34,049 nt of DNA from Alphaproteobacteria bacterium (lineage in GTDB: Bacteria > Pseudomonadota > Alphaproteobacteria > Micavibrionales > Micavibrionaceae). The notes beneath the pieces are model-generated. The model did no database searches. It was not told where the DNA came from and saw only the letters and a program-made list of their open reading frames with translations. This document shows, in pieces, positions 27,238 to 34,049 of this stretch (position 1 is the stretch's first letter; each line of letters opens with the position of its first letter). The stretch is from the NCBI GenBank assembly GCA_016763095.1, contig JAESUK010000093.1, positions 1-34,049 of the forward strand, in the 5' to 3' direction. The position numbers and the translations under genes are program-made.

Positions 27238-27921
27238 TTAGCTGTTCATAAAGTTACTAAAGTCGAATCCTGTAGTGCTTCCGCTAGCAGCACTGTCTTC
27301 CTCAGCGCGTTTTTTAGCGTCCTCAGCTTCTGCTTCAGCCACCGCCTCTCTTTGGCGTGCTTCTTCTTCTGGGTCTCTGCCTAGGGCGCGAATACCTTTA
27401 TGTGATGCTGCTTCTAGTTCTTTATATGTACAAATACCAAGGTCTGCAGGGTTACGTGGTTTAATGTTAACCATATTTGCGTGTGTGCGCTCTCTAATAG
27501 CCATAATAGTAGGTTTCGTTGTCCCTATAAGTTTACAAATTTGAGGGTCTTTAATCTCAGGGTGGTGTTTAATAATAAACGAAATTGCATCAGGTTTATC
27601 ACCACGTTTTGCAACGGGTGTATACTTAGGGCCTTTTGAACGTGTTTTAATTGGGGGTAGAGAGCTTGCTGATGCAACCATGATGTATTCAGGGTCTGCT
27701 TGAGCCTTATCAATTTGTTCTTGTGTCAAAATTGATTCATCCAATGGGTTTCTTCCAACAATTCCACGTCCTATATCACCATCAGCAAGTGCTTGGACTT
27801 CGATTGGGTGAAGATCTGTGAATGTTCCTATTTGTTTAAATGTAAGTGTTGTGTTGTCGATTAACCAAACGGCTGTTGCTTTTGGCATGATCGGTTTTCT
27901 TAGGTCAACAATTGTAGACAT
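27238..27921 (-). CDS. DUF1013 family protein (family annotated in some databases as cell-cycle transcriptional regulator TrcR)
   Basis: 'PIMPKATAVWLIDNTTLTFKQIGTFTDLHPIEVQALADGDIGRGIVGRNPLDESILTQEQI' and a second HTH-like repeat, 'ISFIIKHHPEIKDPQICKLIGTTKPTIMAIRERTH', match my memory of the alphaproteobacterial DUF1013 family. The tail is acidic and Ala-rich. GAGGAG SD. Confidence 0.72.
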   Translation of the reverse strand: MSTIVDLRKPIMPKATAVWLIDNTTLTFKQIGTFTDLHPIEVQALADGDIGRGIVGRNPLDESILTQEQIDKAQADPEYIMVASASSLPPIKTRSKGPKYTPVAKRGDKPDAISFIIKHHPEIKDPQICKLIGTTKPTIMAIRERTHANMVNIKPRNPADLGICTYKELEAASHKGIRALGRDPEEEARQREAVAEAEAEDAKKRAEEDSAASGSTTGFDFSNFMNS

Positions 27922-28100
27922 GATGTGCTCCTCAATAATCTATACTATGTGTCCTCATATGCGTTAGCGCATTGCGAATCCTTTTTAAGGGACTTACAAG
28001 ACAGTTTATTATGCTGTCGAGGAATTAGAATATCTATACAGGGTGTTTTTATAAAAATCCAGAAGAAAAATATTGTTTTTTTGTGAGAGAGAGGTAGCCT

Positions 28101-28289
28101 ATGTGCATGTTTGATGATGATCTTGATCCTATAAAGAAAAAGCCAAAACAAAAAGACTTGGAACCGATGTCTGTTTCCGAGTTGGAAGAGTATGTTTTGG
28201 AAATGCAGGGCGAGATCGTTCGTGTTGAAGCGGATATCACTAAGAAGAAGGCTCACCAAGAGGCTGTGTCTTCATTGTTTAAATCATAA
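28101..28289 (+). CDS. DUF1192 family small protein
   Basis: 62 aa. 'DDDLDPIKKKPKQKDLEPMSVSELEEYVLEMQGEIVRVEADITKKKAHQEAVSSLF' fits the DUF1192 consensus (D-L-x-x-L-S-V-x-E-L ... E-I-x-R ... K ... A-x-x-x-F). Confidence 0.7.
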   Translation: MCMFDDDLDPIKKKPKQKDLEPMSVSELEEYVLEMQGEIVRVEADITKKKAHQEAVSSLFKS

Positions 28290-28310
28290 TTAGATAAGAG
28301 TAGGACTCAC

Positions 28311-29366
28311 ATGCGTATTGAAGAAGATGTAAAACTTGATTTTAAAGATGTTCTTATTCGCCCAAAGCGCTCAACTTTGGCGACGCGCAAGGATGTAAAT
28401 ATTAAGCGTGAGTATAAGTTCAGATGGAGTGGAAAAAACTTCTCTGGCGTTCCTATCATTGCTGCAAATATGGATGGTGTTGGTACACTTGAAATGGCAT
28501 GTGCCTTTGAAAGGGACGGGAATGGTCTTACGGCTGCCTTGACCAAGCATTACCCCGTTGATGACCTTGTGAGCTTTTATAAGGAGCATGGTGGGGCTTC
28601 AACTTGGTATAGTTTGGGCGTGTCCGATCGTGATCTTGATAAAATGAAGAAGGTCCTTAAAGAACTAAAAAAATCGGTTGTTCAGCCCGTAGAGAAAATT
28701 TGCCTTGATGTAGCCAATGGCTATAGCCAAGCTTTTATTGATGTTGTTAAGCGTATTCGGGAAGATTTTCCTCAAATGACGATTATGGCAGGGAATGTTG
28801 TGACTGGTGAAATGGCGGAAGAGCTTATCCTAAGTGGAGCAGATATTGTTAAAGTTGGTATTGGACCTGGAAGTGTTTGTACGACGAGAAAGATGACTGG
28901 GGTGGGGTATCCGCAGTTATCGGCGATTATTGATTGTGCTGATGCTGCACATGGGCTTGGTGGACATGTGTGTTCTGACGGGGGGTGTACAGTTCCAGGG
29001 GATATTTCCAAAGCGTTTGGCGCGGGAGCAGATTTTGTGATGCTTGGTGGAATGCTTGCAGGACATGATCAAAGCGAATGTAAAATCGTTGAAAAAGAGG
29101 GTAAAAAATTTACTCAGTTTTATGGAATGTCTAGTGACACGGCTATGACGAAACATGCTGGTGGTGTTGCGAATTACCGCGCTAGTGAAGGGAAAACTGT
29201 TGATATTCCGTATCGTGGAGATGTGCAGGATAGTTTGCAAGACATCCTTGGTGGAATACGTTCGGCGTGTACTTATGTTGGTGCAAAGCAGTTAAAAGAG
29301 CTTTCTAAGCGCACAACCTTTGTGCGGGTAACACAGCAAATTAATAATATATTTGGGACAAGCTAG
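28311..29366 (+). CDS. guaC: GMP reductase
   Basis: It aligns along its full length with remembered E. coli GuaC. Matching segments are '[23 protein letters not shown]', '[10 protein letters not shown]', 'DVANGYS', '[33 protein letters not shown]', '[10 protein letters not shown]', 'SDGGCT.PGD', '[14 protein letters not shown]' and '[14 protein letters not shown]'. Confidence 0.97.
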   Translation: MRIEEDVKLDFKDVLIRPKRSTLATRKDVNIKREYKFRWSGKNFSGVPIIAANMDGVGTLEMACAFERDGNGLTAALTKHYPVDDLVSFYKEHGGASTWYSLGVSDRDLDKMKKVLKELKKSVVQPVEKICLDVANGYSQAFIDVVKRIREDFPQMTIMAGNVVTGEMAEELILSGADIVKVGIGPGSVCTTRKMTGVGYPQLSAIIDCADAAHGLGGHVCSDGGCTVPGDISKAFGAGADFVMLGGMLAGHDQSECKIVEKEGKKFTQFYGMSSDTAMTKHAGGVANYRASEGKTVDIPYRGDVQDSLQDILGGIRSACTYVGAKQLKELSKRTTFVRVTQQINNIFGTS

Positions 29367-29480
29367 ACTCTAGTGTTCTTTGGTCTAACGCAGTTTTTAG
29401 CTTTTACCACCTATAATGATTGACGTATGGAGATATGATCTTTATGGTCGATTTTCTATGTGAACGAGGAGAATAGATCA

Positions 29481-29942
29481 ATGGATGAAATTGCGACACG
29501 TTTGAAAGAAACGTCAGAAGAATGTATCAAAGCTTATGATGCTTGGAGTAAAGATAAAAAAGACATAGTTACAAGAGAGCCATTGTCTGATGCCGTTCAT
29601 GACCTTAGAAAAGTTGCTGCGCGTATTGAAATTGAACTTGCTGTCACGGAACGTGATGAGCAGGGACGTCCAATGCCTATTCCGGGACATCGTTCACGCG
29701 GTGCTCATCAAGGTGGTCATCAACAAGGAGGGAAAAACAATAACCGTCCTCCTTTGAAGAAGCCTGTTCACAAGCTTCCCCCTAGAAAATCACAAAACAA
29801 AAATGAAGCAGATAATGGTGAATTACCTGCATTTATTAGTGGAAATGATGCACCTAAAGACGGGAAAGATGCGGGAAGTTCTTCTGAAACTCCAAAGCGT
29901 GCACCACGTCGTCGTACACCGCGGGCAACTTCTGCGGAATAA
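29481..29942 (+). CDS. Hypothetical protein: ~65-aa helical N-domain plus a long basic, disordered tail
   Basis: The ATG at 29481 is preceded by GAGGAG (29466-29471), and the GTG at 29460 is less likely. The tail is rich in G/Q/H/K/P/R ('HRSRGAHQGGHQQGGKNNNRPPLKKPVHKLPPRK ... PKRAPRRRTPR'). I recognised no family. Confidence 0.55.
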   Translation: MDEIATRLKETSEECIKAYDAWSKDKKDIVTREPLSDAVHDLRKVAARIEIELAVTERDEQGRPMPIPGHRSRGAHQGGHQQGGKNNNRPPLKKPVHKLPPRKSQNKNEADNGELPAFISGNDAPKDGKDAGSSSETPKRAPRRRTPRATSAE

Positions 29943-30032
29943 GTCGCTATTTTATTGTCGTAATACTTGTGTTTCGATTCATTTTCATATATAAAGCTGA
30001 TTACTATTGTAGGATAGTGAAGGTATATTGAT

Positions 30033-30341
30033 ATGAAAACACATACGTTAAATGAAGATAAGACAAGTAACCTGTGCTTTACAAGCGCTGCGGGGGAACT
30101 GTCTGATTCTGAATTTTCTCAAAACGTTGATTTCTTTTTGGAGAATACAGAGCGTAATATGTATGGTGTACAGCAGGAAACATCTGATTTTTTTACTGGT
30201 GTGACTTCAATTCAAAACCTTGTTGCTAAATTCTCAGACGATCATGATCGTTACCGTTATTTAGTGACTAAAATTCAAAGATACAACCATGGCGTGTTTA
30301 GTGATATCAAGCTTCCTAGCCCAGCACCACGCTTGCATTAA
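30033..30341 (+). CDS. Hypothetical protein (102 aa)
   Basis: ORF only, with a GAAGG purine tract upstream. I recognised no motif. Confidence 0.4.
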   Translation: MKTHTLNEDKTSNLCFTSAAGELSDSEFSQNVDFFLENTERNMYGVQQETSDFFTGVTSIQNLVAKFSDDHDRYRYLVTKIQRYNHGVFSDIKLPSPAPRLH

Positions 30342-30355
30342 GCGTAATTTTAAGT

Positions 30356-31114
30356 CTACATATTATCTCTTAATTTTCTGATATGAGCAAAAACGTCTTT
30401 TGGACGTTTTTTTTGTAACTGGAGCGTGGCTATAAGTGTTGGATCGTCAGCTCTTAGGAAGGGGTTATATTTTTTCTCAAACGCAACAGTAGAAGGAATG
30501 GTTGCGATGTTACTCTTCCTCTTTATTTTTATGTCGTTCAAAATATGGAGCATATCAGGATGGTTTGGTTCTATAGATTGCCAAAAAGATGCGTTTGCTT
30601 GTGTGTATTCATGTGCGCAGTAAATTTTAGTGTGATTAGGAAGTGCACGTATTTTTTGTACTGAGAGCCACATCTCTTCTGCTGTTCCTTCGAATAACCG
30701 CCCACAGCCGAGGGAAAAGAGTGTGTCTCCGCAAAATAATGCGTTGTCTTTCTCAAAATATAAAATAATGTGTCCACGTGTATGACCTAGTGTGTGCATC
30801 ACTTTAAATTGAGAGGCTCCAAGTGTGTATGTTTGCTCATCTTCAAGAAGAACGGTCATATTGGGAATGCGCATAATTTCATGCTCTGGTCCCCATATTT
30901 CACAGTTATATTTTTCTTGGAGTTTTTTGTCACCGTTGATGTGATCCCAATGATGGTGTGTATGTAATATAATTTGAAGTGTTAAACCTTCTTTATCCAG
31001 ATAGTCAATGACGGGTTGAGCATCGCCTGGGTCGACAACAATGGATAATCCATCCTCTGTGAGAAGGTGAAAAATATAGTTGTCATCGAAGGCGGGTATC
31101 AGTGATATTTTCAT
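30356..31114 (-). CDS. gloB: Hydroxyacylglutathione hydrolase (glyoxalase II)
   Basis: Metallo-beta-lactamase motif 'ILHTHHHWDHINGD', 'VMHTLGHTRGHI', 'LFCGDTLFSLGCGRLFEGT', 'YCAHEYT' and 'NPFLR' are full GloB signatures. Confidence 0.93.
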   Translation of the reverse strand: MKISLIPAFDDNYIFHLLTEDGLSIVVDPGDAQPVIDYLDKEGLTLQIILHTHHHWDHINGDKKLQEKYNCEIWGPEHEIMRIPNMTVLLEDEQTYTLGASQFKVMHTLGHTRGHIILYFEKDNALFCGDTLFSLGCGRLFEGTAEEMWLSVQKIRALPNHTKIYCAHEYTQANASFWQSIEPNHPDMLHILNDIKIKRKSNIATIPSTVAFEKKYNPFLRADDPTLIATLQLQKKRPKDVFAHIRKLRDNM

Positions 31115-31119
31115 GCGTT

Positions 31120-31878
31120 TTAAAGTACATCTTTTAGTGGGATTTTACCACTTCCTGGTCTTAATGGTTGTTGCTGGTTTTCGTGAGGGGACCAACCTGT
31201 GCAGAAAATAATCTCATATGTGGCTGAGTATTTTCCATCCTCAAAGAAGTTTTTTTTGTATTCTCCTTCAACCTTACTGAAAAAATTATTTGGAAGTGCT
31301 GTCTTGTCTCTGTCCATAAGAATGTTGGTTTCGGCCATGGCGCGAAGGTCTTTATAAAGTGAGTTGAGGTTCTTATAGCCTACATTTATGGTCTCTGAAT
31401 CAATGACTGGGAGCGCAAATCCTGCCTCTTGTATAAGTGCTCCTGCCTGTTGCTTTGTCATGAGTGGAATTGTGCGTTGATGACACCCATTGGTGAGCGA
31501 CATCTCTGTATTCATCATGGCTTGTTTCAATTCTTTTAGCGTGCCATCTCCAAATAACACGCCAATGAAAAGTCCATCAGGTTTAAGGCGTTGAAGTATT
31601 TCTTGAAGTTGGTGCTGAGGATGTTCTACGCGATGTAAGTTGAATAAGCTAATGATACAGTCGTGCGGGGGCTGTGTGGGTGTGTTGCCACTTTCCATGT
31701 TTTCTAGCTCTGTTGCAAAGTCGCTGATTATAAGTGTGTTCTTGAAGTTTCTTTTAATATCCTTGAGACGATCAAGGAGTTGTTGCTCGGCCCATTGGTA
31801 GAGAAAACGCTCTTGGCTTGTGAACTGTTTTGTTGCCCGGCTGATATTTCTTTCGATTTTTGTATGATCGAACAACAT
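31120..31878 (-). CDS. NDUFAF5-like methyltransferase-fold protein lacking the SAM-binding motif I/II region
   Basis: The C-terminal two thirds align with remembered NDUFAF5. 'LKPDGLFIGVLFGDGTLKELK' corresponds to '[21 protein letters not shown]'. 'IPLMTKQQAGALIQEAGF', 'YKDLRAMAETN' and 'ATYEIIFCTGWSPHE' correspond to 'ATYQIYYMIGWKYHE'. Where 'LDLGCG.G' is expected it reads 'LIISDFATE'. Confidence 0.78.
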   Translation of the reverse strand: MLFDHTKIERNISRATKQFTSQERFLYQWAEQQLLDRLKDIKRNFKNTLIISDFATELENMESGNTPTQPPHDCIISLFNLHRVEHPQHQLQEILQRLKPDGLFIGVLFGDGTLKELKQAMMNTEMSLTNGCHQRTIPLMTKQQAGALIQEAGFALPVIDSETINVGYKNLNSLYKDLRAMAETNILMDRDKTALPNNFFSKVEGEYKKNFFEDGKYSATYEIIFCTGWSPHENQQQPLRPGSGKIPLKDVL

Positions 31879-31880
31879 AT

Positions 31881-34049
31881 CTATAAGACTTGTGGTCTTT
31901 TGCTTGCGCGTGCTCTTGAGTGGTTCGAGCGTGCAACAAAGTCAGATTCATAGCTTGCTTGTGCAGTATGTTCAGCATAGAGGTCTTTAGAAAACCCGTG
32001 ATCAAGTGACTGTTCGTTATCGGAGAGCATATGGTAGGCTTCTGATACTATGTATATTAAATCTGTTGCTGAATTTCTATTAAGAGGCATTGCTGTAATA
32101 ATATATATGCTGTTCAGTGGTGCATAGGTTGTGAGAGAGAAATGCTCATAGTCATATTTTTCTGACATATTTGTTACAGCAAAGGGGTAAACTTTCTGAG
32201 GTGTCATCCCAATGTACTGGAAGTAAGGCTCTCCCATTGTACCCACGAACTTAGGGTCAACTTCAAACATTTCCGCGACATAACGCTTTGCAGAATCTAA
32301 ATCTTCGATATGTGTTGGTATAGGAAAAGATGGTACGTTCAGCATTGTCCCGTTTCCTTGAAAACGTTCAGGGACAGGAGCGTGGTCTTTAATGATACCC
32401 ATCATGACTTCGCCATTTATATCTCGGGCAAGGGGGATTACGACAGCAATGCTCTGTGAATCTTCCTCTGGAACGAAGAAATCTTGTTCATTAGATGATA
32501 GATCGGTCATTCCTCCTAAATCATCATGCCCTTCTTCCATAAAGACAGAGTGAATAACTTTTAAGCTGCCAGCGGATGTCTTAACTGGAGTGAAGCGCTT
32601 CTTCTCTTCGGCCATGTCGGCGAGAGTATCTTGTATGTCCAAGCGTTCCTTTATGTGCATTTCTGATAGTACAAGCGGTGTTTCAGACCACTTGGTGAAA
32701 CTTTTCTTTAACAGCTTGAGAAGCTTCAAGATTTGAATTTCTAGGCGTGCGCTTGGGATGAGTCCTACTGATATAGCGTTTAAGATGGCTTGTGCATCAA
32801 ATTCTCTTATGTCTCCAAAGGTATTAAATCGAGTGCCTTCGGGGGGGGTGTAATCAGTTTGATATAGGGATTTACTATCTTTTGTTGGTATCACCTGAAT
32901 GTATTTTGTGTCAATACGTTCATCAATGCTTTTGGGTGCAGGGTATGAGCATTGTCCATCTATGAACAATGATTCTGAGGCTGTTTTTAAATCGAGTTGG
33001 GCTTTAATAAACTCAGAAATATTCAGACGTTTCTTTTTCTCTACCTTGTTATCGAGTTCCTCAAGATCTTGTGTATTGAAAGGAAGGGACTCAATCATAT
33101 GCCCTGACCAGTTTTTACCGTCAATGTTATGGCCTTGGCGGGGGACGGTGTTTGTGATGCTTCTTGGTGTTGATTCTTGTAAGAAGACCTTAAGTTCTCC
33201 TTCGCTATTCTCATAGAATGGGATGACTTCTGTTAGATCCAAATGACGTGTTGCAATATCAAGGATTACACCCGTTTCATTGTTCCTAACGCTTTGGATT
33301 GAAATTGTTTCAGGTTTCTTTCTCGTGGCGCGCCATTCTTGATATCTAATACTCTCTTTTTGCTCAATTTTTTGAAGAAGCATTGTATAGCTAGTTTCAG
33401 GATAGCCAAGAGGCTCGCCGTTTTCTTGGTAGAGCTTGAAATGATCAATCATGTTTTTTTGTACAAAATCGTTGTCCCAATGGGACGCACAGTAAACAAG
33501 GCGTGCGCCGAGTGATCTTAGTTCTCTTCGGAGATCTCTTTGGGTCGCGAATGTATATTCGGTATCAAGGTCTTCTGCTAAAAGCTCTTTATCATCTTTT
33601 CTTAGGATAAATTCATAGGCCCATTTATGGGGTAGGCGGAACAACCTTGTGTTTGGAAAACGTGCAGGAAGTTCCTCGAGATAAAATCCACCTGTGGTTA
33701 GGCTGTCTCCACTACGCACATTATCGGAAAACCATATTAGGAGGTCGGCTTCTGAGAGTTCTTCTAGTTTATCTCCTCTGCTACACTCTTTTTTAAGCTC
33801 CATGAGTATATATTCAGCAGGACCAGGCGTTGTGTAGGCTCTTACATACATAAAGCCGTTTGTCTTGAGAGCGTTGTAGTGACACTCAAGGGTTTTACTA
33901 ACTTTTCTTGTGTTGAAATGTGCCTCAGAATAAATTTCATGTAGGACGTAAGAATTGATGATTGCGTCAATAGATTTGTCTGGGAAGAGGGGCGTTGAAA
34001 GGTCCGCTTCCATGAAGGTTAGGTTTTTATTTTTATAATTTGCTGATGC
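31881..34049 (-). CDS. Large multidomain protein (partial, continues beyond the window): class I SAM methyltransferase domain, a helical extension and two degenerate NudF/Nudix-like modules
   Basis: The frame stays open upstream of the ATG at 34013 to the window edge ('...ASANYKNKNLTF-MEADL'). 'FPDKSIDAIINSYVLHEI...LKTNGFMYV' is methyltransferase motifs II-III, so motif I must lie outside the window. 'VIPFYENSEGELKVFLQESTPR' and 'AVVIPLARDINGEVMMGIIKDHAPVPER' resemble the Nudix N-terminal strands. The stop is 2 nt before the next gene's ATG. Confidence 0.8.
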   Translation of the reverse strand, partial: ASANYKNKNLTFMEADLSTPLFPDKSIDAIINSYVLHEIYSEAHFNTRKVSKTLECHYNALKTNGFMYVRAYTTPGPAEYILMELKKECSRGDKLEELSEADLLIWFSDNVRSGDSLTTGGFYLEELPARFPNTRLFRLPHKWAYEFILRKDDKELLAEDLDTEYTFATQRDLRRELRSLGARLVYCASHWDNDFVQKNMIDHFKLYQENGEPLGYPETSYTMLLQKIEQKESIRYQEWRATRKKPETISIQSVRNNETGVILDIATRHLDLTEVIPFYENSEGELKVFLQESTPRSITNTVPRQGHNIDGKNWSGHMIESLPFNTQDLEELDNKVEKKKRLNISEFIKAQLDLKTASESLFIDGQCSYPAPKSIDERIDTKYIQVIPTKDSKSLYQTDYTPPEGTRFNTFGDIREFDAQAILNAISVGLIPSARLEIQILKLLKLLKKSFTKWSETPLVLSEMHIKERLDIQDTLADMAEEKKRFTPVKTSAGSLKVIHSVFMEEGHDDLGGMTDLSSNEQDFFVPEEDSQSIAVVIPLARDINGEVMMGIIKDHAPVPERFQGNGTMLNVPSFPIPTHIEDLDSAKRYVAEMFEVDPKFVGTMGEPYFQYIGMTPQKVYPFAVTNMSEKYDYEHFSLTTYAPLNSIYIITAMPLNRNSATDLIYIVSEAYHMLSDNEQSLDHGFSKDLYAEHTAQASYESDFVARSNHSRARASKRPQVL

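Noticed and set aside
27275-27544. 89-aa plus-strand Ala/Ser/Leu-rich ORF
   Set aside because: It is antisense to the acidic, Ala-rich tail of the DUF1013 gene, and its composition is an artefact of the GAA/GCT repeat-like codons on the other strand.
1-34049. Search for mobile elements, CRISPR arrays, defence islands, toxin-antitoxin pairs and long repeats
   Set aside because: I found no transposase, integrase or recombinase-like ORF, no regularly spaced direct repeats, and no shared intergenic repeat family by eye. Gene content and tight packing indicate an ordinary core region.

Overview
This is a core-chromosome segment of a moderately AT-rich alphaproteobacterium. The assignment rests on a Caulobacter-type CtrA, petABC, an NDUFAF5-like gene and DUF1013/DUF1192/DUF465 small proteins. 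About 40 tightly packed genes are almost all housekeeping: rsmI-yraN-DolP-like BON lipoprotein, pal-cpoB, ribA-ribD, fliI-fliJ divergent from ctrA, pgsA-pyrD, smpB, an Slt-type lytic transglycosylase, cca, hemF-trmL, petA-petB-petC, a Na/Pi-PhoU transporter, an ALDH7-type dehydrogenase, guaC and gloB. I found no transposase, integrase, CRISPR array, tRNA or rRNA gene, and no recognisable defence or toxin-antitoxin module. I therefore do not claim a clear novel system. The most unusual items are: (1) a LuxR-type response regulator translationally coupled to a 74-aa protein that is only a CckA-like DHp/H-box helix pair. (2) A 3-gene operon ending in gloB. It starts with a >720-aa methyltransferase fused to two degenerate NudF-like modules (truncated by the window edge), followed by an NDUFAF5-like protein whose SAM-binding motif region is deleted. 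(3) A ctrA promoter with six phased TTAA tetramers, three exact ATTTGTTAA repeats and a GANTC site. (4) A membrane-anchored EAL protein with degenerate catalytic residues. (5) A cytochrome b with an extra roughly 50-aa hydrophobic insertion. (6) Two orphan gene pairs, one next to ctrA and one next to guaC. All functional calls come from reading motifs by eye and from remembered family sequences. None is backed by a database search.
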